Shown: in pieces, positions 46,331-56,124 of the stretch | How positions within the stretch are numbered: position 1 is the stretch's first letter | Layout of the letters: every line of letters begins with the position of its first letter | Assembly (NCBI GenBank): GCA_964653045.1 | Contig: CAZZBW010000002.1 | Span: 298 to 64,297, forward strand | Source: an uncultured Pseudomonadales bacterium | GTDB lineage: Bacteria; Patescibacteriota; Microgenomatia; UBA1400; PJMF01 | Reading direction: 5' to 3' | Length of the DNA stretch: 64,000 nt | Notes under the pieces: model-generated | The model's input: only the letters and a program-made list of their open reading frames with translations | Databases searched by the model: none | Told to the model about the DNA's origin: nothing | Program-made: the position numbers and the translations under genes

Positions 46331-47995
46331 TTACGCCTTAAAGCTCACAATGTTCGCAATTACCAATGGCTCTCTCTTGATAATTTTATACAACTTACGC
46401 ACCAATCTTTTTTCAATAGTTTGACTCAGCTCTTTGTCAGAAAGTTTTTTATTCTGTGAAATAGCCTCACGCACTGTTTGCTTGATAAACTCGATCACCT
46501 CATCAGCCTGCTGCATAAAAACAAAGCCACGGGAAATCAGCTGAATTTGGTCTAGCTTCAGCTCACCTTTGACTCTTGGCACAATTACTGCCACAATTCC
46601 TGCATCTCCGAGCTTGAGCCGATCTGACAAAACTACTGGACCCACATCCCCAATTCCCAATCCGTCAACCGTAGTAGGTCGCAGCTCAAACTTGGGACCA
46701 ATACTCGCTCCATCCTGAGTGAATACCACTGTCTCGCCACTTCTCGGTCGCAAGATTTGTTCTCCTGAATAACCCAAGGGTCGAGCAATATTTATGGCAA
46801 ATAAATACCTATGCCGATCGGCGCCGCCGATCGGCATCACCAGTTTCGGCTTCAGCAGCTCAACTACTTGTCGCTGCTCTTTCTTACTCGCATGTCCAGA
46901 ATGGTGCAAGCCCGGCTCAATACTGGGGTACAACACTCGAATATCATTGCCTGCAAGCTCATCAATCGATTGGTAGTATGGCACCTCATTGCCGGGAATC
47001 GCATCGGCGGAAAACACCACCGTGTCATCAGATTTGATTTGCAAAGCAGGATGCTCACCAAAAATTGCGCGAACGAGTGATGAGCCCTCTTGCCCTTGGC
47101 TTCCGGCAATGATTAAACACACTTGGTCATCAGGCAAAGTATCAAGATGCTTTTTATCAACAATTTGTTCTTGACGAACCTTAAGTTTACCCAGATCTCT
47201 AGCAACTCTGACATTTTGTTCAACTGATCTACCCACAAATACGACCTTCCTACCCAATTTTTGGGCCACGTCAACGGCTTGTTGAATCCGGTGAATATGC
47301 GAACTCATCAGAGTTAAAATGAACTTTCCTTTGGTATTAGCCATCAGTTTTTCAAACTCAGCCCCTATAGTCGATTCTGGTTCAGCCGGTTCATTTTTTT
47401 CCACGCGCAAACAGTCAAGCAACACACATAAGACGCCTTGGTCTCCCAATTTTGCCAAACTATCTAAATCACTTACTGCCCCATCGACAGGTTTTGGGTC
47501 AATTTTAAAATCACTCCCATGATAAATTGCCCCGACTGGTGTGGTGATTAACAGATGACGTGTATCAGGAACCGAGTGAGTCATGTTGTATGACGTAAAA
47601 CGGAAACTGGGACTCAAGCTAACTTCTTTGGTCGCTTCAATCACACGAAATTCCACCTCGCGATTCATCTCACTTACTCTTTCTTGGGCAAAACCAATCG
47701 TTAGGGGCGAACCAAAAATGGGAAACTCCGGTAGGTGCGGCAGCACATATGGCAATGCCGCGATGTGATCGTCGTGACCATGAGTTAAAATCATCCCTAC
47801 AATTTTTTTACCCGCTTCGAGTTTTTTTAACAAAGGAGTAATGTCAGGAATGAGAATGTCAATTCCTGGCATATAAGTAGTGGGAAACCCAATCCCACAA
47901 TCAACTAACAAGATTTCGTCTTCGTATTCATACAGATACATATTTTGGGTGACGTTGCCCATCCCACCAAGAGGCAGAAGTTGTAAATTTGACAT
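46331..47995 (-). CDS. rnj: ribonuclease J
   Basis: Metallo-beta-lactamase HxHxDH (LTHGHDDH), beta-CASP and RNase J C-terminal domains; 554 aa. Confidence 0.9.
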   Translation of the reverse strand: MSNLQLLPLGGMGNVTQNMYLYEYEDEILLVDCGIGFPTTYMPGIDILIPDITPLLKKLEAGKKIVGMILTHGHDDHIAALPYVLPHLPEFPIFGSPLTIGFAQERVSEMNREVEFRVIEATKEVSLSPSFRFTSYNMTHSVPDTRHLLITTPVGAIYHGSDFKIDPKPVDGAVSDLDSLAKLGDQGVLCVLLDCLRVEKNEPAEPESTIGAEFEKLMANTKGKFILTLMSSHIHRIQQAVDVAQKLGRKVVFVGRSVEQNVRVARDLGKLKVRQEQIVDKKHLDTLPDDQVCLIIAGSQGQEGSSLVRAIFGEHPALQIKSDDTVVFSADAIPGNEVPYYQSIDELAGNDIRVLYPSIEPGLHHSGHASKKEQRQVVELLKPKLVMPIGGADRHRYLFAINIARPLGYSGEQILRPRSGETVVFTQDGASIGPKFELRPTTVDGLGIGDVGPVVLSDRLKLGDAGIVAVIVPRVKGELKLDQIQLISRGFVFMQQADEVIEFIKQTVREAISQNKKLSDKELSQTIEKRLVRKLYKIIKREPLVIANIVSFKA

Positions 47996-48020
47996 AATAA
48001 ACCTTTCTTAAATCATGTAA

Positions 48021-48833
48021 TTATTTTTTATTAAAAAGCTGGATATTTTCTCCCCAACGTTGATACTTGACATGGCCTACAAGTATGTCCAAAGCGCTGC
48101 TTATGCTGTAAAACTTGTAATCCAAAAAGGCAAATACAAAAGCTCCACCAAAATACGATAAGCTTGACCAGTAGAAAAGATACTCAGCACTAATGGTTGG
48201 CGAGCCAAAATAGTAACCAATCAAATGAGCGCTGAAAAATACGCCTATTCCAAGCTTGACTAATCTACTCAAGGTCAGACGTTTTTGTTGTAAAGGCTCA
48301 GAAATTAATAGAAGTAGATAAAAACCAATTCCAACCAAAAATGATCCCAGCATTGCTATCGTGAATTTAAACGGCGATAGGACGAAATCGAACGGTGCGA
48401 ATAAATTGGCTAGAGCAAGAATAGTCAGAATCAACATACCACCCATGAATAAAACCACGTGCGACAGCCATAAATGCATATATTCAGAGTCGTGAAAAAT
48501 GTCATAAAGAGGATCAAAGTTTTTCAAATGAAACGTCTTGGTTAAGGAATGCATGCTGAAAAAGGCGTAAATATAAAGGAAGATTAGGCTAAAAAGTGTG
48601 TCAGCAAAAAATACCTGTTTATCACTCAAAACTAAATCAGGGCTGGTGGTCAAGATTACAAAGAAAATAGTTTTGATCCACACAAAAACCAGTGGTGCAA
48701 ATACAAAATTATATAAAAATTGCACTAGATCAAAGTTTAAAACGTACTTTCTACCTTGAAATCGATACAAAATTAAAACGGAAAACACCACAATTACCGG
48801 GATGACAAATAAGATTAATTCTGGTTTTAACAC
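48021..48833 (-). CDS. hypothetical polytopic membrane protein
   Basis: About seven predicted TM helices; no motif. Confidence 0.4.
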   Translation of the reverse strand: MLKPELILFVIPVIVVFSVLILYRFQGRKYVLNFDLVQFLYNFVFAPLVFVWIKTIFFVILTTSPDLVLSDKQVFFADTLFSLIFLYIYAFFSMHSLTKTFHLKNFDPLYDIFHDSEYMHLWLSHVVLFMGGMLILTILALANLFAPFDFVLSPFKFTIAMLGSFLVGIGFYLLLLISEPLQQKRLTLSRLVKLGIGVFFSAHLIGYYFGSPTISAEYLFYWSSLSYFGGAFVFAFLDYKFYSISSALDILVGHVKYQRWGENIQLFNKK

Positions 48834-48858
48834 TCCGCTTATCTTATCACACCAACAA

Positions 48859-49485
48859 TTATTGAAGTGCCTCTCGCACTATCTCAATTTGGTTTTGCTT
48901 GGTTACTTCCTCTTTCACCCAGTTTAATACCGGAATAATTTTCTCAAAATCGTTGACGAACGCGGTTTTCAACTGAGTGGATCGAAGTGCCGCGGCCGGG
49001 TGGTACATAGGTAAAACATAAACTGGTTTCTCCTGCCACACCACCCGATGCACCCGGCCGTGAACTTGAGAAACTCGCGCGTCGGGAAGGAATTTTGCCA
49101 TACTAAAACGTCCCAGCGTCACAATTAGCTGCGGATCGATCAGCTCAATCTCGCGATTAAGAAATGGGCGAAAAGCAGCGATCTCTTCTGGCAGAGGATC
49201 TCTGTTGTCGGGCGGTCGGGCTTTGACAATGTTCGAGATATAAGTTTGCTCTGGTGGCAAACCAACTTCAGTCAGGGTTTTACGCAGCAACTGCCCCGAC
49301 CGCCCCACAAACGGCCGACGCTGCACATGCTCGTGGTACCCCGGCGCTTCTCCAATAAACATCACTTCGGCTCGGGCATCGCCCTCGCCATGCACAATGT
49401 CAGTTACTTTTGTCACCAACGGCAAATTAGTTAAATTTTCCTCCAACAACTCCTTCAGCTCGCTTAAGTTATCTGCCACAATCAC
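48859..49485 (-). CDS. uracil-DNA glycosylase, family 4
   Basis: GEAPGYHE (motif A), Fe-S cysteines absent or variant, HPAAALR motif B-like. Confidence 0.75.
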   Translation of the reverse strand: MIVADNLSELKELLEENLTNLPLVTKVTDIVHGEGDARAEVMFIGEAPGYHEHVQRRPFVGRSGQLLRKTLTEVGLPPEQTYISNIVKARPPDNRDPLPEEIAAFRPFLNREIELIDPQLIVTLGRFSMAKFLPDARVSQVHGRVHRVVWQEKPVYVLPMYHPAAALRSTQLKTAFVNDFEKIIPVLNWVKEEVTKQNQIEIVREALQ

Positions 49486-49529
49486 AGTTATATCTTAGCA
49501 GACATTTCCACCGTCTCTTTTTCAGCTTG

Positions 49530-49545
49530 TAGCAAAATTTTGCTA
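49530..49545. promoter_or_regulatory. 16-bp perfect palindrome TAGCAAAATTTTGCTA (copy 1, region 2)
   Basis: 45 bp upstream of the divergent UDG start; partner copy at 49679-49694. Confidence 0.5.
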
Positions 49546-49678
49546 AAAGTATTGGTCTGACCGAGCAAAATATATGATAACTAAGCTCTGTTTTTTGTAG
49601 TTACTTACTATTTAAATCAGGAAAATTAACAATTGAGCGATGTGATGATCGTAATGTTGGATTGAATACTCTTATTTA

Positions 49679-49694
49679 TTAGCAGAATTTTGCA
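49679..49694. promoter_or_regulatory. palindrome copy 2, region 2 (TAGCAGAATTTTGCAA, 2 mismatches)
   Basis: 149 bp from copy 1; followed at 49715-49741 by GGTTGAAATGAGGTTGAAACCTAGTTT. Confidence 0.4.
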
Positions 49695-49882
49695 AATTAA
49701 TTGGGGCAGTTTTCGGTTGAAATGAGGTTGAAACCTAGTTTAATAAAGAGCAGTTTGCTCAAATTTAGGGTAATTGCAAAAAAATGATTCCGAAACTTAA
49801 AAAGTCGACGATCCACCGGGCTAGATTAACGGTTGGGAAAGACAATGATGGGATTGCGCGAAATTAAATTTCCCTCAAGGTA

Positions 49883-49911
49883 CTTGACAAAGAAGGAGAG
49901 GAAGAAGAAAA
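49883..49911 (+). promoter_or_regulatory. conserved promoter module TTGACA-N17(GA-rich)-GAAAAT (copy A)
   Basis: ttgacaaagaaggagaggaagaagaaaat; same module at 54383-54411 and 57378-57406. Confidence 0.55.
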
Positions 49912-49951
49912 TACACATAGTATCAAAAACAGATCGTTGAAAGGCTACCTT

Positions 49952-50413
49952 ATGCCTACAGATGAGCAAAATAAATTTACTCCCGAAACAGCCCATAATC
50001 TTGGTGATAGAGAGAACGCAGCGCCTGGTGATTTTCCAGACATTGCCAAACTTTTTGAAGACTTAGAACCCGATCCCAATTTAACACTAGAGCAAGTTGA
50101 AAAGATTGGTCAAACTATCGTAGATATTCAACATGTTATTGAAGAAAAATCAAAAGGAAAAAATCCTTTAGACGATAATGGCGCTGAAAAGTTGGCAAAT
50201 ATGATTGCAGCACAAATCGGTATATCCCCAGTTCCAAGATTGGAAGTTAAATCCCAAACCCCGCAAATTATAGCTTTCCATGGTCAAAAAATCCGAAAAT
50301 GGGAAGTTGGATTTACTACCTATAGTGGTCAAGCAAAATTAATGTTTGTCAATACCAAAGGGTCGTGGAGTATATACTATGTTAGACCCGACGTCATGAG
50401 GCAACAACAATAA
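49952..50413 (+). CDS. small acidic hypothetical protein (module-A cargo)
   Basis: ATG at 49952 preceded by conserved RBS GAAAGGCTACCTT; the ORF track uses an upstream TTG at 49937. Confidence 0.5.
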   Translation: MPTDEQNKFTPETAHNLGDRENAAPGDFPDIAKLFEDLEPDPNLTLEQVEKIGQTIVDIQHVIEEKSKGKNPLDDNGAEKLANMIAAQIGISPVPRLEVKSQTPQIIAFHGQKIRKWEVGFTTYSGQAKLMFVNTKGSWSIYYVRPDVMRQQQ

Positions 50414-50480
50414 AACGAAGCTAAAAAGGTTTTAATTTTTAGATAAACGTCGCGAAGATTATTGATTTGTCCTATCCCTA

Positions 50481-51575
50481 TTAATACTGCGGTAAGAAAA
50501 TTTTCCGGTTTTGCTCGTTCACCACAATTTGTGGGTAACCTTTTTCGACGATAATGCGCGCTGCCTTGCGCACCGCGCCTTGCATAGTGCGCTGCAGTGA
50601 ACGAATCCCCATATCATAACCTAGCGGCCGGATCACGGCGGGCCAAACGTTTTCCTCAATAATAAACTGTTCTGGTTTGAGTCCGGCCGCTTCCAGCAGT
50701 CCCGGCAACACATACTTTTGCGCGATCACCATTTTTTCATGATCGGTGTAGCTAGGCATCGAGATTTTCTCTAATCGATCTAACACCGCGGTCACAATTT
50801 GGGTGGTATTGTTCGCAGTCGCGATAAAAATTGCGTGTGACAAATCAACTGGGTAATCAATATAGGTATCGCGAAATGCATTATTTTGCGCCGGATCAAG
50901 CAACTCAACGAGCACACCCATAATATCCCGATTGGCTTCTTCAGCGCTTCTGTCAATCTCGTCGAGCAAAATCACCGGATTACGAACGCCAGCTTCACAA
51001 ATTCCCTTGATCACCCTGCCCGGCTCAGCGCCCAGAAGTAACCGAGAATCACCACGTAATTCCTTGGCACCACCCATGCCGCCAAACGGGATACGAACCA
51101 TTTTGCGATCTAAAGCCTCAGCCAACGAATAGGCAAAAGTGGTTTTACCAGTACCCACCAGACCAACTAGTAACAACACTGGTGCTCGAAATTCAGTATC
51201 GCCAAACTGCTCTTTACGCATTTTCAACACCGCCACATACTCAAGAAACCGATCTTTGACCTCTTGCATGCCAAAATGATGTTTTTCGAAAATTTGTCGG
51301 GTAATTTCAAGATCTAATCTGTCTGGAGTTTCTTTTTCCCATGGAATTTTTAGCACCCAATCGATGAATTTTGAGACTTTCTCATACTTTTCGTCATAAC
51401 TACCTAACTCAACCGACCGCTCCAGCGCCACAATGTCTTTTTTCAATTTGTTAGACATTTCTTCAGGCAAGCCCTGCGCCTGGGTCACGCGTACCTTCAG
51501 GTCCTCTATCTCTTGCTGGAGAATTTGTTTGTAATCAGACATAGGGCAGTACTTTTCTTCAGTCCAGTGTAACAA
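50481..51575 (-). CDS. Lon-like AAA+ ATPase domain protein lacking both the Lon N-domain and the protease domain
   Basis: Colinear with the Lon ATPase module (VKDRFLEYVAV..LLLVGLVGTGKTT..ILLDEIDRS..LLDPAQNNAFRD..LDRLEKI) but only 364 aa. Confidence 0.7.
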   Translation of the reverse strand: MLHWTEEKYCPMSDYKQILQQEIEDLKVRVTQAQGLPEEMSNKLKKDIVALERSVELGSYDEKYEKVSKFIDWVLKIPWEKETPDRLDLEITRQIFEKHHFGMQEVKDRFLEYVAVLKMRKEQFGDTEFRAPVLLLVGLVGTGKTTFAYSLAEALDRKMVRIPFGGMGGAKELRGDSRLLLGAEPGRVIKGICEAGVRNPVILLDEIDRSAEEANRDIMGVLVELLDPAQNNAFRDTYIDYPVDLSHAIFIATANNTTQIVTAVLDRLEKISMPSYTDHEKMVIAQKYVLPGLLEAAGLKPEQFIIEENVWPAVIRPLGYDMGIRSLQRTMQGAVRKAARIIVEKGYPQIVVNEQNRKIFLPQY

Positions 51576-51590
51576 AAGTGACGAATGTTG

Positions 51591-52517
51591 TCACTGCGAT
51601 AACAGTATTTGATCTTTAGTTAATAAACCAGTTTTCGCACCATATGATTGAATTACTGATGTGGAGTTGCGTAAACCTAGTTGCACACACTCATCGATCG
51701 GCATTTTCCACAGATAACCAGCCACAAAACCTGAGGCAAATGCATCACCCGCGCCCGTGGTATCCACGGCGCGGGCAGCTAGACTGCTGAAGTGTTGCTT
51801 CGCTCCTTTGAAAAACACCCTACCTCCCTTCGCCCCATTGGTTACGACTACTATCGGAATCTGTGTCAAAAGGATTGAGTGGAGCGACTTCAGCATTGCC
51901 CACTCCTTCTCATTCACAAACAGAATCTCCACCGGCAGCGACACCAGATCAAATTGACCGGCCGCAAGTAAATTAAGCTCTGCCGTACCAGGATTCCAAG
52001 ATAAGTGCCGAATTCCCTGACGAAAGTGGAAAATTTCCTTTAGCGTGCTGTGTCTACCAGAAATGCTACTCAAATGCACCCAGTCTGCCGACTTCAATAA
52101 CGCTTCTGGCAAATCGGGAGGATCCAACAACGAGGCTGCACCCCGATGTACCATCACCGTCCGGTCTCCACTTGGACCAACCAAAATGACAGATCCACCG
52201 GTTTGTTCTCGCCTTTCACGAATCATTTTTGAAACGTCAACTTCTGTTTTGATCAAATCACTCATCACGATCTGGGCAAAATCGTCTTTTCCCAACTCGC
52301 TAACTAAAATTGCATTGAAATCTAATCTAGCAAAACCTACTGCAGTATTACTCCCACCCCCTCCAGTGCTTACAGTCAGACCATCGAGTTCCAATTTGTC
52401 ACCATAGGTTTGACAAAGTAACAGGCCATCGTCTGTTGTGTGTAACTGAAACTGGAGTGAAGAAATAAAGATATCAACCAAACTTGAACCAATACTAAGA
52501 ATGTTTTGTTTTGTCAT
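51591..52517 (-). CDS. PfkB-family carbohydrate kinase (ribokinase-like)
   Basis: DTTGAGDAFASGF C-terminal motif and N-terminal GG motif. Confidence 0.8.
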   Translation of the reverse strand: MTKQNILSIGSSLVDIFISSLQFQLHTTDDGLLLCQTYGDKLELDGLTVSTGGGGSNTAVGFARLDFNAILVSELGKDDFAQIVMSDLIKTEVDVSKMIRERREQTGGSVILVGPSGDRTVMVHRGAASLLDPPDLPEALLKSADWVHLSSISGRHSTLKEIFHFRQGIRHLSWNPGTAELNLLAAGQFDLVSLPVEILFVNEKEWAMLKSLHSILLTQIPIVVVTNGAKGGRVFFKGAKQHFSSLAARAVDTTGAGDAFASGFVAGYLWKMPIDECVQLGLRNSTSVIQSYGAKTGLLTKDQILLSQ

Positions 52518-52520
52518 TAT

Positions 52521-53153
52521 TTATTCCTTATGGGGCAATTTAGCCCGGTCGCGCAACTCTGTTTCAAACTCTTCCAAAGCTGTCTTCGTTTCTTCCTGGT
52601 TTTTGACAATTTTGTAGATATTTTGCTCTTTTTCTCCAATAAAAAAATTATTATTGATTACTCGTACCACCTCGTGCCAAAATTCACCGTACAAAATGAT
52701 CGGCTTGTGATTGCCATAGTTAAGATGACTGAGTAACCATGCTGTGGTCCATTCACTCAGCGTGCCTGTCCCACCTTGAAAACAAATAAACGCGTCCGCT
52801 TGATCAATTAATCCAAACATCCGTTCAATGTAATTGGCAGTTTTGATCTCCAAATCAACAATGTTGCTAGGCGCTCGCCCCTCAAACTCTGGCATATCGT
52901 GTGGTTGAAATGTTACAGCTATCGTTTTTCCCCCTGCCGACTCAGCACCAAGAGTGGCAGCCTCCATTGTCCCGGGACCGCCACCATTGACCACAGCTAT
53001 GCCGTTGTATGCTAGGTAGCGAGCTACTTTGAATACTTCTTGATAAAGAGGGTGCTGCCTATCTACATCTGCGCTGCCGAAGATTGCCACCGCATCGATA
53101 TTGCAGTGCTGCTTGGGTGCTGGAACCACTACACGAGTTTTCATCTGGCTCAC
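52521..53153 (-). CDS. LOG-family (TIGR00730) nucleotide 5'-monophosphate nucleosidase
   Basis: GGGPGTMEA and QGGTGTLSE motifs. Confidence 0.8.
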   Translation of the reverse strand: MSQMKTRVVVPAPKQHCNIDAVAIFGSADVDRQHPLYQEVFKVARYLAYNGIAVVNGGGPGTMEAATLGAESAGGKTIAVTFQPHDMPEFEGRAPSNIVDLEIKTANYIERMFGLIDQADAFICFQGGTGTLSEWTTAWLLSHLNYGNHKPIILYGEFWHEVVRVINNNFFIGEKEQNIYKIVKNQEETKTALEEFETELRDRAKLPHKE

Positions 53154-53175
53154 TTTTAACTAACTTAATAATGTT

Positions 53176-53874
53176 TCAACATACCCGACTCATCTCTAAA
53201 TAGGTAGAAGCAAAATTGTCTGATTTCCACAATAAGCTCCCAACTGCCACGCTATCCACACCGAGTTTTTTGAGTTTTTTCATTTTGGCGATGTTGATTC
53301 CTCCATCTACTACAATCTGATAATCAAGCTGGTTTTTAGCTCGATACTCAACCACCTGATCAATTAACGACCAAATGTGTTCAGAAAATTTTTGGCCCTG
53401 TTGCCCCGCCTCAACACTCATTACTTGAATTACATCTAACTTGCTCAAAACTTCTTCATCGATCGAGTCAAGCGGTGTATATAAATCGAGGGACAAGCCT
53501 ACTTGCCAACCTTGATCTCGCACCAACTTGACGTAATTCTCTTGACTGGACATCTTCTCAATTTGAGCAATTACCACTCTGATGGGTAATTGAGCTTTGA
53601 AATCGATTAACTCGTACACATAATCCATTGGCTCTTCCACCATCAGGTGAAAATCAGCATTAAGTTGATCGAAGTCCAAGAAAGCATAATCAGCTGGCGT
53701 TAATGTTAGATTGTCAGCATAAAAACCATCAATAATATCAATTTGGACTGTTTGGAGTCCGGCTTGGGCAGCCAGCTGCAGCTGGCTGGCTGCTTCTGTC
53801 ATATCCTCAGTCAAAATCGAGGGTAAAATTGCTAGTTTTTTTTTATCAGTTTTTTTCTTCTTCATACTTACCAA
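53176..53874 (-). CDS. rpe: ribulose-phosphate 3-epimerase
   Basis: PSILT.D...IDIIDG, HLMV, VMSVEAGQQGQKF, VDGGIN blocks. Confidence 0.7.
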   Translation of the reverse strand: MVSMKKKKTDKKKLAILPSILTEDMTEAASQLQLAAQAGLQTVQIDIIDGFYADNLTLTPADYAFLDFDQLNADFHLMVEEPMDYVYELIDFKAQLPIRVVIAQIEKMSSQENYVKLVRDQGWQVGLSLDLYTPLDSIDEEVLSKLDVIQVMSVEAGQQGQKFSEHIWSLIDQVVEYRAKNQLDYQIVVDGGINIAKMKKLKKLGVDSVAVGSLLWKSDNFASTYLEMSRVC

Positions 53875-54298
53875 TTTCAGCCACTCGCCGCAGATACTTC
53901 TCTTCTGTCAACTTGGGTGCATCAAGAAATACTGAAACTAACTCTTTGGCTTGATCCAACTCAAAATAATCTGAAGCGAGAGAAAGGACATTGATATGAT
54001 CATGTTGCTTGGCGTGCTCTACTTGATCTACAGACCAACCTTGGGCGGCACGAACTCCTCTGACTTTGTTGGCAGCAATGTTGACTCCCACGCCTGAACC
54101 GCAGATTAAAATGCCGAGAGCATCGGTGGCGGAGGCGGTCGCCTCCGCCACCACAATCGCCACATCAGGATAATCGTCATCCGGATCAAACTCTTCTGGT
54201 CCTAAATCAACCACAGTAACCTCTAATTCTTCTAACCATGGTTTGAGCTCGTTCTTGAGCTCAAACCCCCGATGATCCGCGCCAATATAGATTGTCAT
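53846..54298 (-). CDS. rpiB: ribose-5-phosphate isomerase B
   Basis: MTIYIGADHRGFELK... and ILICGSGVGVNIAANK RpiB/LacAB signatures. Confidence 0.85.
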   Translation of the reverse strand: MTIYIGADHRGFELKNELKPWLEELEVTVVDLGPEEFDPDDDYPDVAIVVAEATASATDALGILICGSGVGVNIAANKVRGVRAAQGWSVDQVEHAKQHDHINVLSLASDYFELDQAKELVSVFLDAPKLTEEKYLRRVAEIGKYEEEKN

Positions 54299-54382
54299 AG
54301 CAATTTACAGTGTATCAAACTTGACCCCGACTTTGCTAGAGCTTCATCGGGATCTCGTTCAATCATGCCCTTCTTGACTTAC

Positions 54383-54411
54383 TTGACAATAAAGCAGAAG
54401 CAGAAGAAAAT
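54383..54411 (+). promoter_or_regulatory. conserved promoter module TTGACA-N17-GAAAAT (copy B)
   Basis: ttgacaataaagcagaagcagaagaaaat. Confidence 0.5.
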
Positions 54412-54442
54412 AACGTGAGTATCAAGTCATGAAAGGTTTACT

Positions 54443-54766
54443 ATGGCAGAAGCATTTTTTGAAGCACCTGAAGAAATAAGTAGTGGGGTCAAAGAAAGAC
54501 CACCAACAGATACTGAAAATCCGGATAACGATGAACTATTAGTAGATCCAAACCAAGAATTGTTGAGTTCTGCACTCAATATTGTCGAACAACTTTCCAA
54601 AGACGGCAGAATTGGCGAATTAGCCCAAATTGCCAATGCGGCTACAGGAAAAATAAAACAAGCAATAGCTGAGGCTGAAGCGATGCACCACGAGGTGAAA
54701 CAACAAGGTGGTGGAGGTCAAAACAAATTACGGCAATTACTTGGACGGATTAGTGGTAGCAGATAA
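54443..54766 (+). CDS. small acidic hypothetical protein (module-B cargo)
   Basis: Conserved RBS GAAAGGTTTACT before the ATG; no domain. Confidence 0.5.
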   Translation: MAEAFFEAPEEISSGVKERPPTDTENPDNDELLVDPNQELLSSALNIVEQLSKDGRIGELAQIANAATGKIKQAIAEAEAMHHEVKQQGGGGQNKLRQLLGRISGSR

Positions 54767-54819
54767 AAATCTAAATCTTCGTCTGCTCTTACAAGTCAAT
54801 TGCGTTTAACACAACAAAA

Positions 54820-54870
54820 AAAATCCCCCCTACTGCGCCCCGCCGTTAGCGGGACTTCATAGGGGGGATT
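54820..54870. terminator. rho-independent terminator hairpin (strong for the minus-strand gene, possibly bidirectional)
   Basis: aatcccccct...aggggggatt stem with nested GC hairpin cccgccgttagcggg; A8 on one side gives a U8 tract for the minus-strand transcript. Confidence 0.6.
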
Positions 54871-54893
54871 TAAGTTTCAAAATAATTTATAAA

Positions 54894-55091
54894 TTATTTT
54901 TTCTTCAACACAGGCATGTTGGTGCGCTTGGTCTCCATGACGGCGTAACCAGCGGGAACGGCGTCAAGTGAGCCACTGCGAACATCGCGGGCGAAGAAAT
55001 AAATTCTTTGTTTGCGACCATTTTTCAGGGTCACATCTTTGAAATGCAGGTAGTAAACCTGTTTTTTAGCATTGGTATAGCTGTATGCCAT
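54894..55091 (-). CDS. small hypothetical protein
   Basis: 65-aa ORF immediately followed by a strong terminator. Confidence 0.35.
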   Translation of the reverse strand: MAYSYTNAKKQVYYLHFKDVTLKNGRKQRIYFFARDVRSGSLDAVPAGYAVMETKRTNMPVLKKK

Positions 55092-55169
55092 ACGTGTCCT
55101 TTCTTTAGGATGCTACTTACTACTCTATTTATAGCACACTTGAGGTGTGTTGCAACAGCCAATCTGGAG

Positions 55170-55718
55170 TTATTCGGATACCTCTTTACCGACCCTACCC
55201 TTGAGGACCACGTTACCCATTTCTTCACCCAAGCTCATTCCTCTCGTGATCATCACATCAACCGGAAGCTGTTCTTCAGAAAAAGCTCCACTACCAATCA
55301 GTCCTCCTTTTCCCTCAATTAGGGCAAAAGCTTGCTTCGGCTCCAGAGCACCTTCAGGCTGCAACCACACATAAAAACTATCGCTCTGGTTGACGCCACT
55401 GGCGATGACGCTTAATTTGACTTTACTATCCTCGATTTCATAGCGTAACACTCCATTGAGCGGTTGAACGGGTGATGGTTTTTGGGTCACCTTATCTTTT
55501 GTTTCGGTGACGTTTGGAGTTACTTCTTCTAGTGGTACTGTCGTATAATCTCCAACACCACTCAACGCTTCGCTCAACTCCTCTTCGGACAGATTCTCAA
55601 TCTCGATACCTTCACCATAGTCAGAAATTTCACCCCGACGGTCATACCACCTGGTGATCAGAAAGACTACAATGACAACTACTAAGGCAGGGAAAATATA
55701 TGGTGTAAGTTTATTCAT
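55170..55718 (-). CDS. hypothetical membrane-anchored protein
   Basis: N-terminal TM helix; no motif. Confidence 0.4.
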   Translation of the reverse strand: MNKLTPYIFPALVVVIVVFLITRWYDRRGEISDYGEGIEIENLSEEELSEALSGVGDYTTVPLEEVTPNVTETKDKVTQKPSPVQPLNGVLRYEIEDSKVKLSVIASGVNQSDSFYVWLQPEGALEPKQAFALIEGKGGLIGSGAFSEEQLPVDVMITRGMSLGEEMGNVVLKGRVGKEVSE

Positions 55719-55801
55719 AGTTTGATGTTATTTAGCACTCCTTTGATCTATATTCTGCCTAATTAATTTCAGATGTCAATGACTAATAGGAAAATCAGTA
55801 G

Positions 55802-56068
55802 TTATTCGGCTTCAATCGGCCAGACTTGATTGCCAGTTCCAGTGTCAATTACAACTATGGCTGCAGTTGGACAACTCTGGGCGGCCAACAGTTTCGTCTC
55901 GTCGTCGTCTCCTTCTTGACTGATGACTCGAGCAATTCCCTCTTCATCCAGCTCAAACACACCGCCGGCTATCGCGACGCAGCTGGCCGCACTAATACAT
56001 TTGTCCCTGATCACAGAAACTTGGTACTTACCAATTTGCTTGGTGGTGACGTTGGGCTGATCTGACAT
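55802..56068 (-). CDS. small ferredoxin (single Fe-S cluster type)
   Basis: CISAASC...C...CP cysteine spacing; 88 aa, acidic. Confidence 0.55.
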   Translation of the reverse strand: MSDQPNVTTKQIGKYQVSVIRDKCISAASCVAIAGGVFELDEEGIARVISQEGDDDETKLLAAQSCPTAAIVVIDTGTGNQVWPIEAE

Positions 56069-56124
56069 ATTGTTCCTTTGGTTTCGTTAATTAATATTGA
56101 GTATTTAATTTAAAATAATCGCAG

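Noticed and set aside
50481-51575. Calling this a complete Lon protease
   Set aside because: Only the AAA+ module is present; the substrate-binding N-domain and the Ser-Lys protease domain (S16) are absent from this ORF and its neighbours
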